Shown: positions 35,235 through 49,255 of the stretch, piece after piece
Position numbering within the stretch: position 1 is the stretch's first letter
How the letters are laid out: the number at the start of each line of letters is the position of its first letter
Source: Antedon mediterranea
Taxonomy: Eukaryota; Animalia; Echinodermata
Direction of reading: 5' to 3'
Assembly (NCBI RefSeq): GCF_964355755.1
Contig: NC_092679.1
Span: 1 to 64,000, forward strand
DNA: 64,000 nucleotides
Program-made: the position numbers and the translations under genes
Notes under the pieces: generated by a model
What the model was told of the DNA's origin: nothing
The model's input: only the letters and a program-made list of their open reading frames with translations
The model's database searches: none

Positions 35235-38200
35235 ATGGCTTCCATCCAATTACGATCATTTGATTTAGAACTCGATCCACAGAAACGAAGCATTTTCGTG
35301 ACCCAGCTGGCCGAGCCAGGGTGAGTATATTAATTAATAATAATACTACTACAGTACTTTTACTCTAGCTAGGCCTAGTACAGTAGGCCTACTAGGCTAC
35401 TTAGATACTTTTAAACTTAGTTAGAGAGGATAGCCTCTCTATCTATCTATCTATCTATCTAGTTAGACTTAGAGGCCTATATTGTAGTAGTAGGCCCTAG
35501 CTAGCCCGTATGATGGGCCTACTAAAGTAGGCCTATTTCTATTATAGGTCAATATAATATAGAACAATATATTATAATAATAGAATAAGGCTAGTCCTAG
35601 CCTATAAAATAGGCCATATGGACCATAGTATAGGCGTATGGGCCTGATCTGTATCTTAAAAAGCCTTAATTTAAATAATATAATATTTAATAATATTTCT
35701 TGATTATTATTCCTTAATATTTAGAGAGTATTTGGATTGTCACAACTGAAAATAAAAATGGTAATAATATATAATGATTGTATGTATAGGTTTGAGGAGG
35801 AAGAAGAAGAAAGGGAAGATGTTAATAGATATCCAATTGTGAAGGAGGTATGTTTTTATACGCATAAATATAAACAAGAATTATTATAAATTCTTCAATT
35901 TGTTAAATGAGTCTAATATTATAATTAGTATAGTAATAACAGCTACGTACTACTTACTACTACTACGTAACTACTACTACTACTATTGTTAATTTGTTTT
36001 ATTTTTTATAAAAAGTCAGCAGGTACACTTATTGAAACTGGTTTAAACACTGCGCAAAAGACATTACTACTTAAACGACAAGTTGAAGTAGAGAAGGTAT
36101 CAAAAGAACTCACAACTAAAAGAGATGACTTCAAAAAACGAATGGACAACTGTGATAGAAAACGAATTGAAATGCAGAAGAGACAACAGAAAGTAGGTTT
36201 TATAACACACCTGAAGAGTAGTCTGAGTATCTTTGATATTTTGTAACTTTGTGCAATTCAATCAAATGATTCCATTAAGAACTGCCTTCAAAATTTAATA
36301 ATACTCCCAATAATACTAATAGTTGAACAGCAAAATGTAATCAACAAATAAATTTGACATTTCATAGGACTGGTCTTCACGAGTAAAGTAAGCATAATTT
36401 TAATTAATAACTTATTTTCAGATGAAAGATAGGGTACACAAATTTGAAAAATTTATTGAAGATAACGAGGCAAAAAGAAGAAGAGCTATTCATAAATATC
36501 AGACTGAATTACGACTGAAAGAACAAAAAAATTATGAATTTGAGGTGTTAAAAGAACAACTAGAAGAACTGAGAAACAGGTATGTGTGTTTCTATATATT
36601 TTTAAGGGCTCTAAATGGTCAGGATAGACCACCTTAAAAAAATATGGGAATAAATGGTAGTAATAAAATAAGGACAAGCCCAATTACAGAAGTTGAAAGA
36701 AAATAAAAGAGCTATTAATTTTCATTTTACTGTATAACTGATCTTTATGCACTATATAAATTATTATTATTATTAGACATATGTCATTGTGTGATAAACT
36801 TGCACGGTACAAGAAATTTGAAGAATATTTAACAAGGGTTTTGGATGATCTACCTGAAAGTAAGTCAATATTGGTTTTTGTTAATGCATGAATAAAATGT
36901 ATGCAATGATTTGTGTACATTCAAAGCTAACATAATAATAATAAATACAAATTGAAAACAATATGAACTAGAAGGTACTCCGAGAGTACAAACCTCCGCT
37001 TACGGTAAAACAATATGAACTAGAGGGTACTCCGAGAGTACAAACCTCCGCCTACGGTAAAACAATATGAACTAGAGGGTACTCCGAGAGTACAAACCTC
37101 CGCCTACGGTAAAATTCCCCTACATAAAATGTCCCCGGAAAATATATATATATTTTTTAATTTTTTTTTTTTATTATATCTTAGTGTAAATAGGCTAACT
37201 GCACACTACAAAGTTGTGGATGAGAGTTTGGTGTAATGGTTATGTATCCAGCCTCTCACAGTTGAGATTGCTGGTTCAAGCCCTGCTGAGGTTTTTTTTT
37301 TTTTATTATTTTTTTATTTCTTTTTTTTTTTTTTGGACCTTGATCTTTGACCCTGACCCTTCAAAATTTAACCACAATTATATGATGAGTCATTGATCAC
37401 TGTGGCTAAGTCTGGTGAGAATCGGATAAAAACTGTGGTTTCTAGGCAGTAATATAGTTTTTTGTTAGTTGTGACCTTGACTTATGACCTTTTCCCCTCA
37501 AATTCGAACTCTTCCAAGCTTTTGGGGCATAGATCATTGTGGCCAAATTTGGTGAGAATCGGATAAAAACTGTGGCCTCCAGGCTGTTCACAGACACACA
37601 CACAAACATACAGGGGTTTGGCGGAGGTAATAATAATAAGTGTGTTCTATTTAGATTATCTTGAAGTGAACAATGAGTCAATGTTGACAAGTATTATGGA
37701 TCGTCATAAAACATTAACTTCAACCAACAACAATTTGATTGAAAAGGTTGCTGGTTTATATGATGGAATGGAAAATGAAAACCAGACACTAGATGACATG
37801 AAATATAACCATAACCAGAATATTTTAGTAAGTCTATGCTTATATTTTAAAACTGCTATCATTTTTTCTGTATCTTAAAAACTAAACAAGAGTAAAATAT
37901 TTACTGTATGATTTATTACAATAGGTAATAAACCGTCAATTGGCAGAGTTGCAGTCAGTCCAAGAGCAGACCGTTGTTGACACTACGCAAATGGAAGAGG
38001 TTGTGATAAATAAGCAGGATAACTTTCGTCACCAGGTAGAGTAAAAATTTAACTAAAGTAAAAAACACAAATTATGTAAGTTACATTAAGTTACTCTTGA
38101 TGAATTATGTGGAGTAACCTTTTAAGGACCTTTGTGGTTGTATAAATTCACTTTTGTGCAAATTTTAATATTGAAATCACTTGGTTGAAGTTTGTTACTT

Positions 38201-39291
38201 CAATGCCTAGAATCTTTATTTCTAAGTTTTCATTTTGACAACTAAGGATATGTTCAGACTTACGGTGTTAGGTTTGTTATCTAACACAGGCCATACGGTA
38301 ATTTGTGGCTTTAAAGGTCAAGATGTTCAAACACAATGATCAATATTCCAATGCCTTTCGTGCGAGACGTAACAATTGTCTAATGTTAATCCGCAGCCCA
38401 GTTCAGACACAAAAATATGTATACCGCTTACATAATGCTACTACCTTAACGACACAAGTCTGAACATACCCGTAATGATTTACAGACAATTGACCGATTG
38501 ATTTTAATTCAGAGCCTCTGAAGGAACTGTTAGCAATAAATAATTTATATTATGTTTAATAATAATGTATAGAGTTGGAAAAACTACAATAATGAAGAGT
38601 GAATACAATTCACATTTTGGTAAATTTTTGTTAAATTATTTTGTTAAATGTGACTAATATCTTAACCTAGAATTGCTTGGTTGGTTTGTGAAGAATAACT
38701 TTCTAGATATAAATATGTACATAGGGAATTGGTATAGATACCTTCATAACCTGCATGTTGCTATATTAATATTGTCAATTGGTGAAGGGTATGATTGCCA
38801 CTAAAAAGTTGCTTGCAAGTTCTATGCAAGTAGATGTAAAGGTGAATATACTCTTTTTGAAGTCTACATTTTTATTAATAACATGGTTTTATATAGGTAT
38901 TTATTTATCATGTGTTGACAGAGTGAATTACTAGGCAGAATCAAGATGGCCATCACAAATTTATCTGAAAGATGTTCAACATCTCCTAACCCTCAGCCAG
39001 TTCACAGGAATGATCCATTTCAGCAGCTTACACAAATTATGGTAAACAATTTCACTAAGATAAAGTTTAGTTAAAAGTGTATTTTCCAAAGATTTAATTT
39101 TTAGTTTGACAAACCTCAATGTTTTTCTTTAGGAATTTACAATAGAAAGAGTTGGAGTTGAAAAGATGGCAAGATCTAGTGACCACTGTCTTGAAAGCTG
39201 TAAAGAGGATGACGACAGAAGCAGTGGAATTAGGAGTATTGTTAAACAAAATACTGCTGCTGCTGTTAGACAGAATATGCTGTTCAAATAA
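35235..39291 (+). CDS. CCDC42/CFAP73/CCDC197-family (DUF4200-like) coiled-coil protein, ~374 aa
   Basis: Exons 35235-35320, 35790-35847, 36016-36192, 36422-36579, 36777-36859, 37655-37827, 37925-38035, 38922-39041, 39133-39291, all phase-consistent. Motifs TLLLKRQVE, KFEKFIEDNEAKRRRA, YKKFEEYLTRV, LLGRIKMAITNL are typical of the family. The exact orthologue is uncertain. Confidence 0.85.
36968..37632 (+). mobile_element. Helentron-associated non-autonomous element (HINE/DINE-like) with triplicated 5' end and internal tRNA-like module
   Basis: 5' ACTAGAGGGTACTCCGAGAGTACAAACCTCCGCC occurs 3 times at 51-bp period. Internal TGACCTTGA..TTTGACC repeats, (CA)n/GACA tract and 3' GGCGGAGGTAAT, the inverted partner of ACCTCCGCC. 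Confidence 0.7.
38244..38473. mobile_element. Harbinger-like MITE
   Basis: GGATATGTTCAGACTT ... AAGTCTGAACATACCC inverted termini with TA(A)-like flanks. Confidence 0.6.
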
Positions 39292-39304
39292 TAGTAATGT
39301 GCGT

Positions 39305-39675
39305 ACGAACCATTCAGACCCTATAGGGTCATGACAAACATGTACTTAGTAATGAATATGAACCATTCAGACCCTATAGGGTCATGACTAACATGTACTT
39401 AGTAATGAATATGAACCATCCAGACCCTATAGGGTCATGACAAACATGTACTTAGTAATGAATATGAACCATCCAGACCCTATAGGGTCATGACAAACAT
39501 GTACTTAGTAATGAATATGAACCATCCAGACCATATAGGGTCATGAAAAACATGTACTTAGTAATGAATATGAACCATCCAGACCCTATAGGGTACTTAG
39601 TAATGAATATGAACCATCCAGACCCTATAGGGTACTTAGTAATGAATATGAACCATCCAGACCCTATAGGGTCAT
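39305..39675. repeat. 53/39-bp minisatellite in the 3'UTR of the CCDC42-family gene
   Basis: Unit GAACCATCCAGACCCTATAGGGTCATGACAAACATGTACTTAGTAATGAATAT, starting ~15 nt after the stop codon. Confidence 0.9.
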
Positions 39676-42029
39676 TACAAGAGAAGAAGACTAAACAGTG
39701 AGTCTTCAAAGTGTGTAAAATTGAGAGTAGTACAGTATCTGATACTGAAATAATGTATTAGTTTTTTGTTGAACTTCATAAGATTATACCAAGGAGAATA
39801 CCGCAACCCCTCCCTATTTAATAGTGGAGCTATACAGTAGAAATGCAACACATATCTCACCGGAAAGTTAATGAGCTTCCAATACTGAAATTCTGTACTG
39901 CTATGACTTATATAGTCAATATTTATAAATGTATTTATTGTTTATACGAGGATATTTTAATCATGCTGTGTGTATTCTATATTTATGATTATAAACATGC
40001 CATTAAAAGGTTATAAAATCATATACTTTGATATACAATTTTAGAGCAAGTATAGTGTGCTAGTGTGTGTATAATCTATTATATTTATTGTATCAATCTG
40101 CAGTGAAAAATTCTAAATGCTTTCATAAAACATCTATCTATGCTTGTACAACAAATGCAATTATTAATAGTGTTTTGCCTTCAAAAGGTATGCTTGGAGC
40201 CAAGAGTAAAGAAATGATGTATGCATTACAGTAATATCTCTACAGTATTTGGGTCTGAATTTAGTTACTGTATAAACATAAATGAGCTAAAATAAAAGAT
40301 ATAATGAAAAACCACTTTTTTGTCACTGCCTTTCTAAAGGGAAATTCAATGTAAGAAAATATATAAAAATAGTGTATAGCTACTCTAAGGAAATTCTACT
40401 AGTCTTCAAGGCCATAAAGTTGGTTTGCAGTTCCCTTTTAACTGGATTAGAAATTATCTACAAAAGCAGAGAGTTATCTATAAAGCTGCTTCATCTTATT
40501 AGCTACACGTCCGAGTGACCCAGGGCTCAATTAGGCCCATTACTGCTTCATCTTAGTAGCTACCCATCAGAGTGACCCAGGGCTCAATATGTCAGTTCTG
40601 CTGGATGTATGTGAATAAAATAAATAAAAAAAGACATCTTGTGAATTCATATGGTTTATTGTTTAAAATCAAATATATTTATGGAAGACAGTTAACAAGG
40701 TGGGTTCCCATGGCAAAATAATTCTCAGGTCCATAAACTTTCTACACCTGTCTGTTGTCCATTTAATCTTACTAATAAACTAAAGCACTTTAGGTTACTG
40801 TTACAAATTTGTTTAAATAATAAAATTGCTATACACATTAATACTTAACTACAAAATTCTAAACATACTATCATATCACAGTAAATTTAAGAGTAAATAC
40901 AAAGTATCCTACACAATTTGTTTGAAAAATATTGAACTGTATAATACCACATTATAATATTTTGTATATGGTATATTTCTGGAGAAGATTAGGCATAAGA
41001 TGTCTACAGTATGTATTATGAAAATGGTTAGGGTAATCTTTAGGCTGGAATACATAGGATGGATTTAGCAATATATATATATTTTGCTTTACATAACTGT
41101 GTATTTACATAATATTTACATGCATTCAATTTAAAACAAGTAAAAAAGTTAAATCAGATATTTAGCATACTAATGCTGGAATATGCTTTAGATGAACATG
41201 TAATAATAACAACTTGTAATAGTGTAAACACATACCACTGGTAAGTAAATATGTTCCTCCTTTTCATTAATAGGAGTGGAACCTTTGGGTAGAGAGTATA
41301 ATAAAATACATAAAACTGTACCTGCTATTTTTTGGTTTAGCTGAGATCAAATTACAATGATGTTCGGTAAACATATTGCACTGAAAAAAAGAATACAGAA
41401 TTAAAAGGAATATTTTTTAATTGAGCTCCAGATAGAATACCACTCTTATCAATCACATGTAAATATCAAATATATATATTTTGTAATGCCAAAATTATTT
41501 GTTTCATTTTTCTCTATTTGGCAGACTTCAAGGTATTGTATTATTATTAAAACATTGATTTTTACTTTGGATTGTATTAATACTACCAAATATTGATTGA
41601 TTTATTATAATTTTTGTATACAAACTATATAATTACTGATTCCTAATTGTGTTACAAATAATTACAATTTATATGTAACTGCAGTATAAATCCATGATAA
41701 AACCAGCTGTGGATAAGATGTTAATACACCATAGGAAAGTGATTTACACAGAAATGTATGCCAGTATAAACAGCATAGAGAATATGTCTAATATATTATA
41801 TTTAATTAAGCATTTTAAACCATACCAATATTTTGCCATGATTTGTTAATTTATTCTTGCTTAGATACATCAACTTGAATATCATTATCTTGTTACAGTT
41901 AAGATCATTCTGTACAAGAAGGTAAATGAACAGACCATTAAGAATTAGCACATGGTATCTTGTTCTTGTACATTCTGTACAAGAAGGTAAATGAACAGAC
42001 CATTAAGAATTAGCACATGATCTACTGTA

Positions 42030-45000
42030 TCATGGTTCACTAAGAATCCTCCTTTCAATTTCTCTGTGTAGTGCTGTACGATATTCTTCATATCCCATGA
42101 CAACTTTACATAGTTCTTCTTTATACAGTCTTGTCAACATGGCTTGGTAAGTTTCTAATTGTTGTAATTGAAATAATTCCCATTTCAACTTGGAATCATG
42201 TTCTTTACTTGCTTTAGCATATATTGCTAACCATTCTGGTACCTCTGCAGATTCAAATGAGTTTGATTAACTACCAAATACAAAAATAATAATAATAATA
42301 ACCCAATCAGTGTAAATAACAACACATTTCAGAAAAAAACATTTTGTGCACATTTTCACAGCGAGTAACTCACCAATTACAGGTGAATAAACTATTTTAT
42401 AATTTATCTCATTTGAGGATTATGGAGTGGAATTGAATGAGAAACTTGTCACATACCTTTGTTAAGATATGGATTAGGCGGAACCCATCCATTAGAATCT
42501 TGTCACATACCTTGGTTAAGATATGGATTAGGCGGAACCCATCCATTAGAAACTTGTCACATACCTTGGTTAAGATATGGATTAGGCGGAACCTATCCAT
42601 TAGAAACTTGTCACATACCTTGGTTAAGATATGGATTAGGCGGAACCCATCCATTAGAAACTTGTCACATACCTTGGTTAAGATATGGATTAGGCGGAAC
42701 CCATCCATTAGAAACTTGTCACATACCTTGGTTAAGATATGGATTAGGTGGAACCCATCCATTAGAAACTTGTCACATACCTTGGTTAAGATATGGATTA
42801 GGCGGAACCCATCCATTAGAAACTTGTCACATACCTTGGTTAAGATATGGATTAGGCGGAACCTATCCATTAGAAACTTGTCACATACCTTGGTTAAGAT
42901 ATGGATTAGTCGGAACCTATCCATTAGAAACTTGTCACATACCTTGGTTAAGATATGGATTAGGCGGAACCCATCCATTAGAAACTTGTCACATACCTTG
43001 GTTAAGATATGGATTAGGCGGAACCCATCCATTAGAAACTTGTTGTTGTGAAGCCATCTGACTTGTTGGCAGCATTGGATCGGTTATAACTTGCCTACTA
43101 TGCAACACCTGTGATATATGCGTCATATTTTGAGGTGGTCTTTGCTGCTGGTACATGAACATCCTTAGAGCAGTTGGATGTTGTGATGTTACTTGCTTGG
43201 TAGCATTACTAAAAAGAGGCATAATGTTTCAGAAGTTTATTGAACTGCCTTCATTGGCACTTTTTCTGTTTTATTTATATTGTATTATACTTTGGCAACA
43301 CAAACACAACAAAAAAGCAGAAAAAAGAACAGGAGACATAACCTCTATCTACATCCCCCTTGAACAGATAAAAATAGCTGAAATGGTACTATACTACAAA
43401 AACAATAAGTTTCATATATATATATATAAACACACAGATAAAACAGGCCATCCAACCTTGTTTGTCACATGAAGCTCAATAAATAAAAACAAATGAATGA
43501 GGGAGAGAGGGAGTGTAAGTACACAGTCAACCCAGAGGATGTACCCGTGTGTTCACAATCAATATGAGTTGGTTTTAAGTGATTTACTATAAAACAGTAT
43601 AGTAAACATATATTTTATCAATTGAAAAAGATAACAAAATAAGAAAATGAAGGTTAACAATTAATAATAAATACTTTATTGAAAAGGCAAAAACCAAAAA
43701 ATGTTAACAGAACAGAACAGGAAAGAATTATAACTGAAACTTGTAGCAAACCTAAAGTCTAAAAAAGAATTATCTTGTCAAGGTTTAACAATAATTTTCA
43801 ACAATTTTCTTTCAGTTTTGTAACTTATCTCAATATCAAAATATTTTGCTATCTTTTTCTTTTCAAGTAAGTTATTCTTGTTTTTGTTGTTGTTGTTACA
43901 TTTTGTTGATATTAGTCAATTACCGTATTGTTACATTTTGTTGATATTAGTCAATTACCGTATTGTTTTTTAAGGTTAAAAGCCTTGCCAATTTGGAGTT
44001 CCCTTTTCCATAACATTTTGATGACATCTTTGTATTTATCCTTAGTTTTATGGAGTAAAACATTTTGATGACATCTTTGTATTTATCCTTAGTTTTATGG
44101 AATAAAACATTTTGATAACATCTTTGTATTTATCCTTAGTTTTATGGAATAAATTGATTTTGATTGATTGAAACACATGTTTGGAAGAAGCCGTGATAAT
44201 TTCAGAAGTGAATAAAAGTAAATATTGTGTTGAGTTTGGGTAGATATCAGAGTTGGCATGTGAGAATATGTAGTTCAATTTGTAGCATGAATGGTAATTT
44301 ATTGTGCTTACCATACATAGTAGACTCCATGCTTAGAAGACTCCACACGATCCCAACCTGGTGGTAAACCTTCTTTCTCATGTGGATGACTCCAATGAGT
44401 AGTTTTTGTGTTGTGACTGAAAGAGAGAACAAGATTTTTCTAGAACAAAGTAATTTATTTATATGATATTGATACTCTCCTTTTACAATGTAAAAATGTC
44501 ATAAAGACTCACTCAATATAATACTTGCGTCCCCGGAGGGTCCTATCTACTGTCCAGCCTAGAGGCAGTGGAGGTTCATCGGTGGTACTATATTGAGCTA
44601 GAAACAAACAAATGTAAGCAGCTTACAGTAAGTTTCAATACTACATTTGAGGTTCATAAGTTATGTTTTCCTCTCCACGTTGAGTTACAGTGGTAAGTTG
44701 CGTTAAGTTATAAAGTTAAACATATGTATTAGTCAGTGTAATACCATCAAATGTTGTAAAACTGTGACCAGCCATGTGGCAATTTTCCAGTCACTCACTG
44801 AAATGTCAATAATCTGAAATACCGTTGATGTACAACTGAGTTAACCCTTCACTTGTCATTGAATCGGTGCAACTGAATTTCGAGAGGAAAAGTAATGTGA
44901 AACAATGACCTGTTGCGAGTGAATAAATGCACACATTTAAGAGAAAGGTTGTTTAATAAACACTCAATTTAGGATAAATCTAAAGAGAGAGATTAGCAAT

Positions 45001-46856
45001 GGCAATTTGTGAACTAGATTTCATTCATCACTATGACGAATTATAGGTTATATATATTTAAATAAAGATAATTGATGGATTTAAGATATATTGATTGATT
45101 GATTTTCTCAGAATCTTTAGTTATATGACAGGATCTTGCTAACGCAAATACAATAGCCGGTATCATAATAATAATAATAAAGACATAAGTTACTTTTTAT
45201 CTAGATTTTATTATAAATCATGTGTATAATCTATTCACTAAGAAATAAAATTGAACAAACAATATGGATAATAAAAAAAAATCTCATTTCGTTTCGTTTC
45301 CCAAGGTGAGACTCGATCTCGGTACCTTGAACGCCATACTGTAGACACGAGCCCAAACCACCGAGCCATCCACAACTGACTAACAGTTGTAGAAAGATTC
45401 CTCCGTGTATTTACTATGCAGTAACCACTTTGGTGCAGATAGATTACCGCAATGAATTATAATTTTTTACAATGATGACATCTTTAAAAATTTTAAAAAA
45501 ATGATGCACTGTCAAGCTATACTTTTAACTTTAATATATGAACTCTTGAAGGAAGAAAGTTAATGTTAAGTTTGTTATTTTGGCCTACGAAAATGTCATA
45601 ATTTTTTGAATGTCGAAATAAATTTTTTTAAATTTAAAATGCAATTAATGATGACCTTATCAACTTTTGTTCTCTTAATTTCATAATAAATCATACATAT
45701 GATACATACACTTCAAGAAAATAAAATAAATAATAGAAGTTCCTGAGCATTCTGACGATCTATTAATTAAAAAATTTAGCATATTTTATTAAATATTATT
45801 AACATTTTTGATTGCTCACAGTGAAAACATAACCACATCGATTCCTGGCTATAAGGAATATACTCTGAAAAATTGACTTAGCTAGATGAAACTGATATCA
45901 GGATAATTCACAGACAAAATAGTGCTAAGGAAAGAGTAAATAAATAAATAAAGATCCTGACAGAATCAAGAAGTTCATACTTACCATTGGTAGGAAGGTG
46001 AGGTGGGTAATGAGTGCCAATGGTCTGCTGAGATGAGACAATAGATACTACTGTACATGAGAAGATGTGTATAAAGTATGAGCTACATTTGTTCATTAAA
46101 TGGAGACAAAATTGAATAATGATTGCATGTTAAAATAAATATATATAAATGCTTAACATATTCTATAAATGGTTAAAATGCTATTTAATAAGCAAAATGG
46201 AAGCAAGACTGAGATTGACTCATTGTATCCTTTTTTGTAAGTTAGATAAATCTGTAGTTACTTTCAGATTTGTTGCCTTTTAAATCAGGAACTGATCTTG
46301 CACTTTTTATGCCTTGCATGTGATTGACCGTTTGTGAATAGGCACTGTCTGCCGCCGATGATTTAAATGACTGCGATCGTTCTGCATTGGGTTTACGTAA
46401 CACCGTGACATTTTTTACACTTTCTTGTTTAACTGTAGATTGATTCCATTCAGGAGTTGTAGTTGTTGGTGTGTTACTTGGGTGGCGGGATGCTCGCTTC
46501 TGGGTTTTGGGTCCATGACGAACAACGGTGGATATGTACCCTATTAGCAAATCAACAATTACAGTGATTTTCTTTCTACCATGCCATCATTGATATGAAA
46601 ATCAATAGTATACAAATAACAAATGTTTATATGAGTGTGATAGTATAAATCATTTTAAGAGGTGAAAGGTTATATTTTCACAAGGCAACAGTAGAGTGGA
46701 AATATGTGGAGCGATTGATAGTGTACTTCTAATCAAATGACAGGAACCTATTTAAGTACCTTGAAATATAGGTAGCTGTTCTTTCTTAGTGTACTTGCCA
46801 GCTATACCACTTTCTGGTAACGGCCTGAATGCATCTTTCTTACGTGGTCTTAACAT
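42030..46856 (-). CDS. SAV1: Protein Salvador homolog (Hippo pathway; tandem WW domains plus SARAH), ~352 aa
   Basis: Exons 46856-46760, 46540-46262, 46050-45985, 44597-44513, 44416-44312, 43208-42997, 42244-42030. [54 protein letters not shown]; VPPNPY; [12 protein letters not shown]...[47 protein letters not shown]. Non-coding exon 1 ends at 49783. Confidence 0.95.
42437..43042. repeat. 54-bp minisatellite, ~11 copies, built from a SAV1 exon end plus its 5' splice site
   Basis: Minus-strand unit CAAGTTTCTAATGGATGGGTTCCGCCTAATCCATATCTTAACCAAG|GTATGTGA. Confidence 0.95.
45295..45385 (-). other. Degenerate tRNA-like module inside an AT-rich interspersed repeat in a SAV1 intron
   Basis: Minus strand GGATGGCTCGGTGGTTT (A-box-like) ... 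GAGATCGAGTCTCACC (B-box-like), followed by a T-run. Confidence 0.45.
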
Positions 46857-47099
46857 CTTACCACAGGCATAGCACTAACAAAATAACAACATCTTTAAAA
46901 GAAGAAGAGAACATTGGATTCAATTTCTTTGATGAGTGACACAACCTGGTAATATTTTAATACAAAGAAAGCACATTGTAGGAAATTGACACAAGAATGA
47001 CTAATAAAAATTGATGACAAATATTAACCAAGAGTATGAGGCCTTACAATATATACACACTTAGCCTAAAATTTAAAGGGCGGTTTCTAGTCTGAGTCT

Positions 47100-47560
47100 T
47101 TAAAAGCCAGGTGCGGGCAAAAAATTTCTATTAATCATACATTCCAATAATTATCGATCTATATGTTCCCCTATGTTTCATAATTTTTGGGATTTTATTT
47201 GTGTTACATTAGCTTGTTGAAAATAAGCACTTTCTTATCAGTGGGGGGATAGTTCAAATTACACAATAAAATCTCTATTTTTTTGTACACAAATTTTGTA
47301 AATAGAGAGGCATTTTACAAAGCTATGAAAAATAAACGGTGTGGTAAAAAATGTTATCAGATGACTAAATATAGGTAATATAACTTGAATTTTACATTTC
47401 TGGTATTTTTATTCAACTTCAGATTTGTATTTTCATGCTATAGCAAAAATTATCCACCGTATATCCACCATCTTTTTTCACCTTCTACAGTAGGGAGTCA
47501 CCAGACATGTTATTACATTAGGTTATTACTACCCAACTACGGTACTGAAAAAAAGTCTTC
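47100..47560 (-). mobile_element. Inverted partial copy of the element at 28758-30994, lacking the hAT insertion
   Basis: Reverse complement matches 28900-29195 joined directly to 30829-30990, with a single AATTACAC at 47257-47264. Confidence 0.85.
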
Positions 47561-48338
47561 TCAGAAGAAACAGAATTTTTTTTCTTTTCGAAACGGTGTA
47601 CATCGTGTTCAGCCGCTATGTTTTGAATGCCCATATAACTTAAGGCGCTATGTATGGCGCGCCAACTATGCATTAACTGCCGTTTGTTCTGCTGGTCTTT
47701 TCATTGGGTTATTCCATTCTAAAAATGTGGGTGCATTGTAACGTGATCGATCAAAATTGACCGACATAAAATGTACGGCGTATTATCATATTACTTTCTG
47801 TGATATAAGTATTATTTAGAATGCTGTGGTGTGGATATATTTGAATCTATTTTAAATGATTTAGATATACGTTTATTATTATAATAATAATCTTAAACGG
47901 GCAATAAACTTGTACTTGTGTCTTGTACATTTACTCTTGCAGGCCTAATGTGTTCTAATAAAAACAGAAATAAACATTAAATCAGTTAATAATACATTAA
48001 TTATATTAAAACTCTGGTTATATAGGCCTATTGTATGTCTAATAATAGACTGGGCTCTCTCAATCATCGGTTTAATTTTAAAATGAGTGGCTAAGAAATC
48101 TTCAACAATGTTGATTGGGTTTTCGTTGTCAGATTTAGCGATTCCCACAAAGCGAATGTTATTTCTCCTGGAGAAGCGTTCAGCCTTGCCTTTAAGAATT
48201 TCTTACCAATACAGTACTCTCGATTATGAATAAATTTTATTGATTTTGATTGTTATTATTGTGTTGTTTGTATTCGCGTATTTATTTTTTTTAATTTTCT
48301 GAGAACGTTGTGGGCCCGATCGTCTCACGATTTGGGCC

Positions 48339-49255
48339 TGTCACACCAAAATCAGTCCGGGCCAAAATAGGTCCGGCGGACCAGTTTTGGCTGCCAAAAT
48401 CAGTCCGGGGGACCATTTATGGCTGCCAAAACCTGTCCGGCCGGACCAATTTTGGCCGCCAAAACTGGTCCGGCCTGGATAAAATCGGTCCGGGCAGTAG
48501 GACTGTTTTTGGCCGCCAAATATGGTCCGGTCCGGTCTTACAAATATATGGTGCGCAAAATGAGTCATAATGTATATATCATTAAAAAAAGGCCATGATT
48601 AGTCATTATATTGAAAACTACGAGGTTTTATTTGTTATTTTAATATTATAAATTAAGTCTGTTTTTTTTATTATCATTATTAGTAGTAACTCATTAATAA
48701 TTAGTACTAATTGTTAGGATTTTTGTATACAATATGTATCTCTGCCTGTTTTTAATCCATTTTGTTCTTTTTTAACATCTTCGTTTCCCCATGATGTTAA
48801 AAACAATTTAATTTATTAATTATTTATGGTTAATCAATCTATATATAAATTCAATACAATTATTATAAAACAATTTATCCAATATTGATTAGGCTGAGGA
48901 AGGAAAAAGGCCTCAATCATAAATAAAATCTAGCTGGCAATATCAGCGTCTCATACCCGTTCATGTGAGTGTGTGCCGGGCCAAAATATGAGTGAACACC
49001 TAAGTCATGTTTTTAGATAAAATACATTTATTTATAGTATTTATCCGACAAGATAACTTACTAATATATATCATGGGATATTTTTCTATCATAAACAACT
49101 TAAAACAGCATCATAGGCCTAGTAATTCAATTAAAATCGACAGAAGAAAAGCCCGGATCGATTTTGGCAGTGGCGGACTGCTTTTGGCCACAATTTTAGA
49201 GCCAAAACTGGTCCGGCCGGACCGATTTTGGCCCCGGACCATATTTATCGTGACA
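48339..49255. mobile_element. Ginger2/TDD-like non-autonomous element
   Basis: TGTCAC...GTGACA termini, 4-bp TSD GGCC, and subterminal GGTCCGG/CCGGACC/GCCAAAA repeats. Inserted in a GGGCCCGATCGTC repeat unit of another element. Confidence 0.8.

Noticed and set aside
42409-43061. Three ~200-aa repeat ORFs
   Set aside because: Product of the 54-bp array; only the first unit is coding, in the SAV1 frame.
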